Below are positions 49,244 to 61,900 of a stretch of DNA of 64,000 nucleotides, in pieces. The stretch is taken from NCBI GenBank assembly GCA_965112155.1, contig OZ218098.1. One strand, given 5' to 3'. The DNA is from Podarcis liolepis. Lineage: Eukaryota. The notes beneath the pieces are model-generated. The model saw only the letters and a list, made by a program, of their open reading frames with translations. It was not told the origin of the DNA and made no database searches. The translations under genes and the position numbers were made by a program. Every line of letters starts with the position of its first letter. The stretch's first letter is position 1.

Positions 49244-50584
49244 CTGGAATAAAAAGTAAGACAATCCTATTTATAACACAAAGATTTAAAACCCTAGCAT
49301 ATTGCGGCATATGTTGAAAAGCATTTTAACCTATAACATATCCCCAGCATTAGATGCTCCCTTTGTTTTGCTGGGCATTTGTTCAGCGCATCAAAACACA
49401 TGTTTGAATTACCATTATTTTGACCCCAGAAATGGAAGAATATGTTGAGATTCTAAGTCTCTTGGGTCTCTGGATTCCTTTCAATATGACGGCCTTCCTG
49501 TTGGTACATATGGAGCAAATTAGGAAACCATTCAAATGTCTAAAATTGTTGAAACCATTAACATAGTGAGTAGGTGAAAGATTGACTCGGCTGCATGCCT
49601 AAACATTTTGAAAGCTATGGATAAACACAACTCCAAGATTGCAAAGGAGATGTTGGTATGGCCCTACCCTCCTTAAAGAGGAATTTCTATGTCTCTCTGA
49701 AAGAAGGCCAAACAAAACTGAAACTTGGAAGGCCTTTTTTGGAAGAGGAAGTTTCATTTCCTTATGCCAATCTCCATGGAGGAAGTAATTGTCTGGAAAT
49801 AAGCTTAATTTTGCAATCCAGTTGGGGCACAGGGAGTAGCGGGGAGATGGAGATTAAAATATTCAACACTGATAAGGTCAATGTTGTGCATTACAGAAAA
49901 ACATGCTGTGATAGATACGCTGAATAGGGTCAAGTGAAGGCATTAAACTGAATAGTTATGTGGAAATAGCAGAAAGTAAAAAATAATATTCAGTAGCCTA
50001 GGCCAAAAGCCTGACAATAAAGTTTTGTTTCCACCACACAGCAAAACACCAAGGCCCCTCAGACTTACGAGTGTCAAAGCCTGGGTGTGAAAACAAGGAA
50101 ATCCCATTTACCCAGCAACTGCATGTTTATAGGTGAGGCAGGATTGTATGGGAGGATTGGCTCTTCAAGTATCCATGAGCAGGTTACTTTCCATCTGCCT
50201 GTGCTCCTGCTCCCATGTTAAGAATCTGATGTCTTCCCTTTTCATCTCTCTTACTGTGTGAGCATTTGGCTGCCTGGCAGATGGCTTGTAGACCATGTCA
50301 GAAGCACAGACCTTTGCAGTAGCTTCTGTCTCAAAGATGCCTGAACCTTCATTACTCCTGATAGCAGATGGCCCACAAATCCCTACCTGTACATGTACAA
50401 CTTCAGACCAAACTAAGAGCAACTGGTATACAGACATACAGACATTCAGTCAGGAGAGGAATCAAATATAACCCTGCTAAACATCTTGAATTAGTCACAT
50501 TTAATAAATGAATGCTCTTCAAACTAATTCTTTAAAATAGATTCTTTAAAATAGATTCACTAGTGCATCACTGGAGAAGTTCTG

Positions 50585-50846
50585 ATGGACCTTCTAAAAC
50601 GGATGGGGAAGTTCATGGAGGATGAGACACCTAACCATAATGGAGGCTATGTATTGTCTCCATGAACTATGGAGGCAGTTCTGTGCCCCCATGGTCAGAG
50701 GCAGAATAATTCTGAATTGTTGGAAATTGCAGGAGGATGCTCAGATCCTACTTGCAGGTTTCCCACAGGCATCTATCTGGTTGGCCACTGTGAAAACAGG
50801 ATGCTGGACTAGATGGGCCATTGGTCTAATCCAGCAGGCTCTTATA
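50585..50846 (+). mobile_element. CR1 LINE 3'-end fragment
   Basis: aagttcatggaggat...ctggttggccactgtgaaaacaggatgctggactagatgggccattggtctaatccagcaggctcttat. Confidence 0.65.
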
Positions 50847-50977
50847 TTGTTGCTGAATTGCATCTCCCATCATCCCTAACCATCAGCCATGCTGGCTGGA
50901 GCTGATGGCAGCTGAAGCCCCAACAGCCTCTGGAGGACCACGGGTTCCCTATCTGCTCTAGAAGTTAAACTAGTAAA

Positions 50978-51478
50978 CGTTAACCAACAAACACAAACTA
51001 GCATGGGGACAATCAAAGAAGGACACCTTCACCACGGTATGGTTCTCCTTTACATACACAGCACAACAGGACCATGATCTATCCCCACAAACAGCATACG
51101 AATCAATTTGGCTAACCTGACCCAACAACCTACCCCCAAAACAAGCCACACCGCAATCAACTGAATGCAGCCAACCAAGCTTGGGACTGGACCCCTAACC
51201 TCTCGCATTATCAATAAAAATAAATACATAAACAAAGGACCTACCCATGTGATGCTGACACAAACCCCAACAGTAATAATAGGCAATAGAACAAAAGAAC
51301 AGAATCTCCACTCTCTCTTTCCCCCCAAATGCAGTATGTCGATGACAAAAGTGTCTCTCACTAAATGTAAAGGAACTGTGAAAAAGACTGAATTGAAAGT
51401 GGAGACAAAGATTTTTTTGTTACAAAATGAATGGTTAAGGTACATCTGTTAACAAAAACTAATTAAAACAAACAACTT
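50978..51478 (+). mobile_element. 5'-truncated L1-clade LINE 3' end
   Basis: Frame LTNKHKLAWGQSKKDTFTTVWFSFTYTAQQ...IWLT* resembles the C-terminus of non-mammalian L1 ORF2; A/C-rich 3'UTR and A-rich tail. Confidence 0.5.
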
Positions 51479-53582
51479 AAGTGGTATTTGAGGGAAAGCA
51501 GTGTATCCCACTGTTTCTCATGCTAGTTGTTTGGAACACTGCTAAAACCAAGTATCAAGTTCACTTTTTGAGCAATAAACCAACAATTTGTAAAGGCTCC
51601 TAGAGTCTGATCAGACATTCCATCTCATCATTTTTGAACCCAGCTACAGATTTTCAGAAGAATGCACACGAAAGGCCTATCTGGTTTAGGCTAATAACTA
51701 AAGCCCTAATAACAAAAGGGAGATTGAGAAAACGAGGCTCCTAAATGATGCCGGCTTCAGTGCCAAGGGATTGCACTCTGTCCTGTGGATTCCTTTTGCT
51801 TTCCTCTTGCCTTCGTTTTTGAATACTCCACAGACAACAGTCTCATTTTGAGGCGCAAAATGCTGACAAAGTGGAGATGTTATCAAAACTGCAATCAATC
51901 CACTGTGTTTGCATTTCAAAAATGTGCTGAATGGTTTTTATCGCCAGAAATTGCTTGAAGGGTCATTTTTGAGAGAAAGGGGAAAGTCGTGGGAGGAAGG
52001 GGGGGGGCAGACACGGCTGTTTCAAGCAGTTTCTCCCCCGGCCCCCAGTGGATCATATAAGGACAGGCTGTTATATGAAATGAAAAGGCCCGTCAGATGG
52101 GTTTGCAGGAAAAACCCATCTATAGCAGGTTTGGCCACTGCATGTGAAGGTGAAGCAGAAGGGTCCATTCTCCTATATTATTCAACTTCTATATGAAGCC
52201 AGTGGGAGCTGTCATCCAGGGATTTGGAGCATGGATGGCACACATATTTCTCCCCATTCCGTCTGAATCGGGAGAGGCTGTGAAAGTGTTGAACCAGAGG
52301 CTGGATCCCAATAGGACACTCTGGGGCAGAGGTGAGGAAGTATGTTTGAAGGAGACCAATATGATCACTATGCCACCATAGTTATGCTCTGTCCAAATTG
52401 TGGTGGCTACAGAAGCCAGAGCCCATGCCTCTGTTGGGACCCCATAAAGGAGCAAGTAAGGAACGCAAATGTTTCAGTTCAATTCTACCCTAGACTTGTA
52501 AAGCTGGTGCAAATCACTTCCCAAAAGTGGATCTCCAGAATTTTTCTGTTTGCACAGGAAGAGCTTTGCATGCAATTCAGCACAATATTGGCTACGTTAT
52601 CTCTGCAGAGCTTAAGCATATGATTTCGTAAAGCAGCTTCAAATGAAAAGCCTGCATTTCAGCGTTATCTGTATGCATGTTGTTATCTGAAGTTAGCTTT
52701 TTGCGATTGGTAGGCATCTGTATTTACACAAGTAGCCAGTAGGGCTTTAGGGGGCATTTTTAAGAACACACACACACCCCACACCTATGTCAGTTTTGGA
52801 TACCATTAATGAAAGAATCTGGACTTTTCTCCCTAGGAAAGTGGGTAGATAATGGAGTCACATTTAAATAGCAAACAAAATCACCACAGACAAAGAGGAA
52901 GAAAAAAAGTATGTTGCAACATTTGCATTGGCAAATAGTCATTGTCTGTGAACTGGTGGGAGTGGGGTTGAGCCCACAAGTACAACTGAGCAGCTACAGC
53001 TGTGATGGTCCGTCCCCCCCACCAATGACACACACACACACACACACACGAAATGGAATGTGACAAAAGGTTTAACACAACAGAGCTTGAAGTCCAGAGA
53101 TACCAAACTACTCAGTCCACATGACAATGTACTCCAGACAGAGAGCGGCTGGCTATATCTGTTGCCATTAGATCATGCAGCAACAATTTTCTTTTAACTC
53201 AGAGGTGGACTGCAACTCCCATCAGCCCCAGTCTGCATGGCCAATGGTAAGGGATGTTGGGAATTGTAGTCCAGCAAGAAGTGGAGGGCAACAGAAGGAC
53301 CACTCCTATTTAACTGAAAAATTGTCTCCTGTATCACTAGCCAGTATATCGATACAATAGATATATTGTATAGATGCATCCTCTCAGCTACTGCTTTCCC
53401 TACGTTACGCACACAGTTGTTCTTTAATGTTCCTTACCCTTACAACTCTTAATACATCCAACCATTTTTCTACATTTTAACGAAATACATTCCAAATTCC
53501 CTTTCCCCTAAAGTGGTGAGACTTTGATAAGCAGCATCGACTTCTGCCAGGATTCTGCCTAGTTTATCTTGCCTGTACTTAC

Positions 53583-53686
53583 TGAGAACATCCACTCGAG
53601 TAATGATCTCGTCCCGGCAGTGTTTTTGGCAGGTCTGGTTGTCAGCCAGTCTTCCTGAGTTAAACAGCATACACTCAATGCAGTCC
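53583..53686 (-). CDS. ITGB5: ITGB5 exon: RDCIECMLFNSGRLADNQTCQKHCRDEIITRVDVL
   Basis: aag/gtaagt boundaries, 104 nt, phase 2-1. Confidence 0.93.
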
Positions 53687-54569
53687 CTTAGAAAGAGGAA
53701 TGAGAGGAGATTGATAGACTTCCCTTCAAATCACATCCGTGTGCAGTGGAGTCTGCCCCCATAGGGAATGGGGCACTGCCCCACCAACCTGGGTTCTATC
53801 TGTCACTGGTTTTGTCTATCCTCTCTGGCTTCACCTACTGTTGGCCTCCCTGTCTTCTGCCCCACAAGTCTCTGTGCACTGTAGCAACCACTATTTGCCT
53901 GGGGGAAAACATGGTCAGAGACGTTTTCTCAAAATAAAACCTTTCCCCCTCTGTGGCAACCACATATAAAGGCTGCTGCTGATTTTATTGGTACAGGGGT
54001 CATGGCTACACATTTGTTTCTTGTATGTAAGGAGAAACGGTTCCCATTCAAGAAGAAATAGTCACTCTCTATGAATACTTTTTAAAAAGGAAGAAAGGGG
54101 AAGTGATAAGAAGAACCCCAAAAAGGATTTGCACTGGGAAATCATATTTAGGACAGTCCTGTTTTGTAGAGAAGGTATCCAACCTTTGGCAGCTAATACA
54201 GAGAATTAGCCAGTTAAGGCTGTGTAAAATTGAAATGAAAAATAAAATGCATATTGCTTCAGATCATTTTGCATTCTTTCATGCATTTCATTATACACAA
54301 TACTATTAATGCATGCCTGCACAACATATGAACTGTCAAGCTGAAAACACAGCATACCAGGCACATATTACAGCTTCATAAACCTGTTTTTGCTATATGA
54401 TTTGGAACTGGGGGGAAATGGAGGTTGTCAGATACCTGACAGGTTCCAGTACAAGAGCAAGAAGTTGCATTCAGCTTGGGGGTGGCAGGGTGTCACCAGC
54501 TGTGCAAGCCTGAACAAGTGCCATTAAGCAAAACAAACATCCATCAATGCAAGCTAAATGGATGTTAGA

Positions 54570-54745
54570 ACTATAGAACACAGCAACATATCAAGTCAGA
54601 TCATTGGTCCTTGTCTACGCAGACTGGGAGTGGTTCTCCAGGCTCTCGGCCAGGACACATTCCCAGTCCTGCTTGGAGATGTCAGGGATTGAACCTGGGA
54701 CTTTCTACTTCCAAAGCAGCTGCTCTCCCACAGAACTACATCCTT
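54570..54745 (-). mobile_element. tRNA-derived squamate SINE
   Basis: Reverse-strand B-box (ggttcaatccc) and body shared with the 60266 copy. Confidence 0.6.
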
Positions 54746-55198
54746 TGCTGCCTTGCATGAAGTCAGACGGTGGATGCATGATCCTGGGACTGTTGAGTCT
54801 CCTACCCTCTAGCTCAAATGGATTTCCCCCAGTTCTACCTTTTTAACTGCTGAGGCCAAAAACTGAGCCAAAGACCTCAGGTGTGGAAAGTACTTCAAAG
54901 CTACGGTCTCATCTACAATAAGCCGCAATAAGCACAATGGACTCATGGATGTAGTCTTAGACATGTCACATGTCTCCGCTGCAGATTCCCCAGCTGAAAA
55001 ATGGGAATACTGATGAGCTACCTCACTGGATTCTAGTGATAAGTAAAGTTCAAGCTGTGATGCATCATTGCTTCCTGAATTTTTGTAGGTATATCGGCAG
55101 GTGGGATGGACACCAATGAAGCTGGAAAGCGACATAATGAGGCACTCTCATCAAGTTGTTATTTGAAGGGTTTTCACTCTAACTAGCTCACACAATAC

Positions 55199-55421
55199 CT
55201 TTTTGTGCTGCAGACGCCTGGGCAGGTAGGGCATTTTTCACACGTTTCTCCAAAGGCACCTGGTTCTGTGCACTGGCATTTCCCACAAATGCAGTTGCCT
55301 CGGCCGCTGCACATCTGGCCATCGTTGGAAAGGCACTGGCCCGTCTCTGTCGAGCAGTTGCAGTTGTCCCCAATGTAACCACGGTGGCATTTGCACTCCC
55401 CACAGTGGCATTCCCCATGAC
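55199..55421 (-). CDS. ITGB5: ITGB5 I-EGF exon: [24 protein letters not shown]...[14 protein letters not shown]
   Basis: tag/gtattg boundaries, 223 nt; integrin EGF cysteine spacing; upstream exons appear to lie beyond the window. Confidence 0.96.
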
Positions 55422-55565
55422 CTAGAGGCAAATTAAACAGAGCAGGCGTCACTTATGCTGCCAACAAAATGGGGACACAATTCCAGAAGACAGCTGAAAA
55501 TCCAGTTAAGAGGCAGTAATGCTACCCAAGAGCCAATATGTTCAATAATAACAAGTCTTAGCTCA

Positions 55566-55665
55566 GCCATAGACTCACTGTGAGACTTTGGGCACATCAC
55601 TGTTCCTCACTGCTGGTCTGAAAATGGGGTATCAAATGAGCTACCTCACAGGATTGGGTTGAAAG
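55566..55665 (+). mobile_element. MIR/CORE-SINE remnant
   Basis: tgtgagactttgggcacatcact...aaaatgggg...tacctcacaggatt core pattern. Confidence 0.45.
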
Positions 55666-58600
55666 CAAACACATTAAAGATTGCAATACTGTCTAAATTA
55701 AAAGTGTTATGTAGTAGTAAAAAGGGCAATAGCAGGAATGAGTAATTAAAAACTGACTGTGGAGGGAGACATCACATTCAGCAGAAAGTGTCACCTACAA
55801 ACTATGGTGGTGTTCTCACAGGCTGCACATGAGATGGTAATCCCATCTGCTGTCAGCTGTACCCCATCAAACTGCAGGTGGGGACTCACTTTACTGAATC
55901 CTCTCCACAACAACCCAAACCAGCCAACCAACCAACAAGGATAAACAAAGTACATGTAACATACTTCTGATGCTGACAAAACAAGCCTTGCCATCCTCTA
56001 CATAGGAATGTAGCAAAGCCCCAAATCATCAAGCTGGCCAGACATCTTATTTATAACACATGTATCTCTTCCCTCCTCCTTTCAAGGGTATCCAAAGATG
56101 GTCCATTTTACCCTCAACCACTGCTCTGGAGATGACAAGTTCCCGCAAGGTCTATCAAAGTCTCTCTGGGCTAATGGTTGCATGTGCAGAATGTGGTCCA
56201 CTCGTGCAACAGGACTAGCCCACCCCTTGGCCTCTAAATCTGCTGGGGGGGGGACAGAGCAAGTTTAGGGGTTACACAGGGAGTTGGGGGGGAGAGAAAG
56301 TTCCATTGTGGAGATGAACCTCATACCCCACTTAGCACTACATGGAATTCCACTCTCAGGCTCAACTCCAATACACTCAACAAAGGCTAAAATTAATTGG
56401 CATGAGAATAGCTACACAAGGACCGCTAGACTCAAATGTAAAAAGTAACAAGGCTGTACATTTGATATGTTCCGGAATAAAGGACACTTTTAAAATGGGT
56501 GGCATCTCATTTGTATATCCCACCTGGCAAGCTTAAGCTGTACAGCATACAAACCAAGGGGCTAAGCAAGAAAACTAAAATAGAAGCAAGTTCCTAGTTA
56601 TTGTTTCAAGTGGAGCAAAAGTTCAGACACTCTCTTTTTGGCTCTTGATTATTTCCTGATGCAGCTGAAGGAGTATGTTCTTAGTTAAACCCCACCCTCT
56701 TTTTTCATCCTCGTCTGTTTTGCACTAACAAATATTTAATCTTATTAAATATTTTCATCTCAGGGTCTCTTCCCTTGTTTTGAAATAACAGATTCTACTT
56801 TGCGCCAACACCAACAAACATTAAAAGGCTACTACAGACCTTGCAGCACTGCTGTTGACAATATTTTGCAGCAATCTCTCCCTGGAGGAATCATTTCTTA
56901 GCTGCTTATGATAAAAACCATTCACAGAGGTCGCGACTTGCTATTTAGGATACTTGGAAATAAGAGGATCTTAAAAAGCAGGCGTATCTGTGCCAACCAA
57001 ACAACTCCAGGCCAGCCACTTTGGGATGTTCAACATATTTGAAAAGTAGAGGTCCCTGGCTCCCCTCCTTAGACATTTGGGTGGGGGTGGGGGTGTGTGG
57101 AATCTGCAGTAACCTCCGTACTAGAGTCAATGAGGTTACATTGGAAAGAAAACATATATAACATAATGCCTTGATTTTTTTAACCCCCCCCCCCACTCTA
57201 TTCCAAAGGTGAACAGCCTTTGTTTTAATGTATTGCTATCTCATCTGAGCCTCACAGCAGCCTCTGTGGAGTAGATTAGGCTGAAGAAAAGTGACTTGCA
57301 TTGAAAGTTTCGTGGCTGAACCCAGCACTCACTCCTGCTTTCCTTGTACATGTCTCCTGGAACTGTAAGGGCTTTGGACAAGGACTACATCACCCTAAAG
57401 TTCTGCATAATGTGAAGCAGGATGGAAGAGGTACATTAGCAGTAACCTAAGGGCTGCAGGCCATTTCAACCTAAGAGGTTGTGGATACAGCCCCACCAGA
57501 GTTTCTGGGAATCCTGTGAATGCTGCTTGACACTCCAAAACCAGCATCACTTCCAGAGCGGCACATAACACATAAATAATAAACAAATTGTAGCAAAAGC
57601 GCTGGAGTGCTGAAGATGGCTTATTACGCAGGCAACAACTTTAAAACATCCAGGAATATAGACTCTGGTTCAGCTGTGAAAATCCTACATAGGGTTAAAG
57701 CCAGTCAACAAGCTCATGTCCCCCATACCCACCTGACATCATAGGTGACGTCAGGTAAGGAAGCAGCTACAAAGAAAGACTTGCAAGCTTGCAAGTTAGA
57801 AGTTATTTTGCTGTCGGCAAGTCCCACTTTGTCCACCTGAAGGTGGCACTGATGGCAAGGTTGACTGCCAAGATACTAAACCAAGTGGTGTTTTGTTCAT
57901 TTTTAAAAAATGAATTATCAAATGAGACTGTCCCTCCTCTGTGGTAGCAGGTAGATACTGTGGTATGTTATTAAGTATGTCACCACCCAACTTTTCTGAA
58001 AGTGTATTTGATGGTTTTGTCTGTTTCTAGAGAAAAATGACAACAAAGGCAGGTAGCTCTCAAAAGTAGCAGTGAATGTTCCTCCTGCCAGATGGGAGAA
58101 GTGCATGTATTTTGACTCAGATGCAAACTGAGGTTTTCTGCTGTGGGGAATTCCATTCAGAAAGAGAGGCACTGGTTAATTTTTGTTGTTTCCATTATTG
58201 CAAGGAAAATCTTTGGACACTTAAAAAGTTTGCCCAGCTGGAATTACCGTGAAAGAAATTGAGCTGCAGCTGGTTCATTACAAAGATTAAACCAGCTTTC
58301 AAGATACAAATGCATCAAGAATTCCCGAGCCTGTGGCAGTCTGTTTGATATTTCTTATACACACACACTCCAAATTAAGAGACAGGGAGGGAGGAAGAGG
58401 CAAGGAACCTTTACAATATGTAAAAGGCTGTCTTGGAGAAGCATTCCTACTCTAAAAATAAATGCTGGAAAAGCACTGCACCCTTCTGCAGGCACAAGTC
58501 TTCCTGGTGAATTGGAATATAATCTCAGCCCAATTAGGGAAAGTGCATTCTAAAAACAAGTCAGAGGTGTCAAAGGAACATACAGAGACTGGGTGACTAA

Positions 58601-58757
58601 CACGTCTGAAACACGGCATTCTGCCTACTTCCGTTTTTAAAAATGCTACGCCTGAAATTGAATGATTGCAGCATGTTTCAATTGGTGAATGAGTTATGGT
58701 GCTCTTGAAACAAAATGTCAGCTATATGATAGTAAGGTACGTTTCAAACGTTTAAAG

Positions 58758-58895
58758 CAGCGCTTCTCAACCTGTGGGTCCCCAGATGTTGTTGGATTAC
58801 AATTCCCATCATCCCTGAGCTCAGGCCTTGCTAGCTAGGGGTGATGGGAGTTGTAGTTCAACAACATCTGGGGACCCACAGGTTGAGAAAGGCTA
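58758..58895. mobile_element. Intact palindromic hAT (Charlie-like) MITE
   Basis: ~60-bp near-perfect inverted arms; exact 8-bp TSD GTTTAAAG at 58750-57 and 58896-903. Confidence 0.88.
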
Positions 58896-59711
58896 GTTTA
58901 AAGCATCTCTCTCTATTTTGGGGGTGGGGGTAGTATCAAGAAACACGCACCTGTACCCTAGCACCTGTTGCTGTTAAATAAATATATTTTGTGCACTTGA
59001 TAAACCCACCATTCTTGTTTTGGTTTTGCATTCGATTTATTAATGCCGTTTGCTAGAAATACTTCACTTCCAGCTTTGCCACAAGGAGCTTCTTCTAGTC
59101 CAACTCTGAAATGAGATGTCAGATGTTTCCAGCTCTTCCACTGAAAGCAGTAGACCTAATTCCATGTTTAAAATCAATAGCCAATTTTATTAGAGTGCTC
59201 TTAAAAGAGAGCAGACTGACAACCTGGTCGTTTCCATGCAACATTCTCAGAAGCTCTCTCCCCTAGATCTCTATGCTTGTAAAATCAGTGGCAGGCAAGA
59301 GTGCAGTCTGAGCAGGCAAGTGATTCACAACTGCCCTGCACCACCACTGGCCTGTGTATATATGGATGCAGGCTTCTGTGTGCACAGCCCCTAGCAGGAT
59401 GAGGGGTTTTGTATTCAAATCGGAATTATGCTCACACTTCAACAGGGCCAATGCAGTAGCTAGTGATACACACACCTGTAGCTTTGGAAAAGAACCAAAA
59501 CAGCTGGGAAGCTGGGGCGGGGGGAGTCTACACCTTAGCCTTTCCACACTACTGAGCCCTGCTCACAAAACAACTGGTCAGCAGGATATAAATTTATTTT
59601 AGGGCTAGGCACTTGTAGCACAGACTACAACTTAAATGTGCTGTAGGACAGAGTACAGCTGCAGGTTAAACAGTTGTGACCAAAGACACTTATTTACGTT
59701 TTTCTATGTCC

Positions 59712-59960
59712 CTGCTCCTGCCAACCTAGCAGTTCGAAAGCACACCAGTGCAAGTAGATAAATAGGTACCACTCCGGTGGGGAGGTAAACAGTGTTTCCG
59801 TGCGCTGCTCTGGTTCACCAGAAGCAGCTTAGTCATGCTGGCCACATGACCCGGAAGCTGTATGCCGGCTCCCTCAGCCAATAAAGCGAGATGAGCACCG
59901 CAACCCCAGAGTCGGTCACGACTGGACCTAATGGTCAGGGGTCCCTTTACCTTTACCTTT
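59712..59960 (+). mobile_element. Sauria SINE, 5'-truncated
   Basis: gccaacctagcagttcgaaagc...gcaagtagataaataggtacc...gtcatgctggccacatgacc...(ACCTTT)n tail. Confidence 0.9.
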
Positions 59961-60265
59961 ATGGATGGCCATTACTGTGGGATGAATACGGAATGAAATG
60001 GACCTTTGTGAAGACTGGGTGTTTTTCAGCAAGCGATAACAGACCCTTATTTTTGCAGGATGAAAACTGACCAATGCCTTCGCTGAGCAACTGCAAATGA
60101 ACAGCTCACAGTAAGGTAACAGCCCCTCTGTGGGATAGTTCATAGCCACCACCATAAATGACAGCTGCAATATGTAAACTGTCCTGATATTAGACAAAAC
60201 AGAGATAACGGTATCACTCCTTCAAGCTTTGAGTCCTGCTGCTAAATTACTGCCACAGGAGATGA

Positions 60266-60432
60266 GAACACCATCATGTCCATCTAGCTCAGGACTGTCT
60301 ACACTGACTGGCAGCAGCTACCCAGGGTTTCAGAAAGGGCTCTCTCCTGTTCTACCTGGAGGTGCCAGGGATTGAACTTGGGATTTTCTGTGTGCAGAGT
60401 GAATGCTCTGCCGCTGAGCCACAGCTCTTCCC
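60266..60432 (-). mobile_element. tRNA-derived squamate SINE
   Basis: Reverse complement ggaagagctgtggctcagcggcagagc (A box)...aagttcaatccctgg (B box)...gccagtcagtgtagac. Confidence 0.7.
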
Positions 60433-61479
60433 TTAAATATTATTAGTTTTGTTATGGTAAAAGGCCCTGCAGTTTGCCTCCTGTGTACTTTAAATTACCT
60501 TCCCAACTCCCAGGAGATAAAAACAAGACACCCGGGCCAGCTAAATCAACAGATTCATGAGTCGGGAACTTGCAGCAGTCCAAGAAACAATGCTGGTTTC
60601 ACCAAAGCTATTTCCTTTCTCAACAAGGGAGATGGATACATGGGACTGACTCAGACTCAGATTCCGAGATGCATCCCATTGCAGCTAAATAAGCAGACTG
60701 GGAGAACACTGCTGTCTTGCTGTTGTTCAGGGGCTTGGCAGGACGCTGCCCTGGCCTCCTTTGCCCCCATTTCATGCAGGAATCCTTGCTAAGTGAACAA
60801 GGCACAACAAAAAGACCATCTCCCTTCATCTCTTCCCTCCCCCTCACTTTCCGTTTTTCTCCACTCCTCTGCCTTTTCAGCAGCAGTGTCAAGAGCACAA
60901 TACAAATTAAGAGATTTGGCACAGTTTAAGACACAGACCTCCACGCTGCAGCTTTTCTGCAATTTGTTTACAAGGACACATGCCTGGGTTTTTGAAAAAA
61001 GGAAAGAAAAAAACACACCCAAGTTGAACCATTACAATTAAACTGGCTGAGTAGCATTTTATATTTCCCAAATGGAAACTCCGGGGAAATAAATAAATGC
61101 ATGATTGCCCATATATATATTTTAAAATGGTGCTGGATAGGAGCTCTAACACAGTCCAATTAAGTTTCCACCATGGAAAGAGATCACTTATACAGAAATA
61201 AGGCAAACAAGCTAACTTCTGTCTCTTGCGCCTTAAATCATAATGGGACTCCCACTAAAGTCAGCAGCAGGACTCCTACTTATTTTAATGGAGCTGGATT
61301 GCACCCTTATAAATGGTTGGCCACTGGGCAAACAGGATGCTGGCCTTTGGTCTGATCTAGCAGGGTTCTTCTTATGTTCTAAAGAGAGGGATAAGAAACT
61401 TCCGTTGTGCTCACCACTACATGGTGGGAGAACAAAACACTACTGTTGAGAAAAAATGAAGTGGTCCTCAAATTATCAC

Positions 61480-61900
61480 TGAGCACAATTCAAAGTGCTG
61501 GTGTTAACCTTTAAAGCCCTAAATAAAGACATACATCTTGGTCCAGGTTAATTTGGGCAAGGGGTATCCAACATGTTTTGGACCACAACTTCCCCCAGTC
61601 CCATTCAGCATGGTCAATAGTCAGGGATGCTAGGAGATGCTGTGGTCGAAACATCTGGAGGGCATCACATTGGCTATCCCTGATTTACAGAATGCTTTCT
61701 CCCACAGAAGACACTATCCCCTAGAATGCACAGACATCATCTGAGGAGGTGGGATTGCTCCAAGTCCCATTGTTAGCAAATGTTAGGTGGTAGTTACAAG
61801 CAGCGGGACCTTTTCTGTAGCAGCCCCCTACTGTGGAACTCTTCCCCCCCCCCCAAAGCCTGCTATGGCAGCTCTGCACTGCTTCTTACATTGTTAGTGA
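61480..61900 (+). mobile_element. L2-type LINE 3' fragment interrupted by a MITE (~61558-61683)
   Basis: AQFKVLVLTFKALN, and later a TFSVAAP-LWNS remnant. Confidence 0.6.

Noticed and set aside
51000-51450. Mitochondrial insertion (NUMT), suggested by A/C skew
   Set aside because: No recognisable mitochondrial protein, tRNA or rRNA; it fits an L1 3' end better, though BLAST would be decisive
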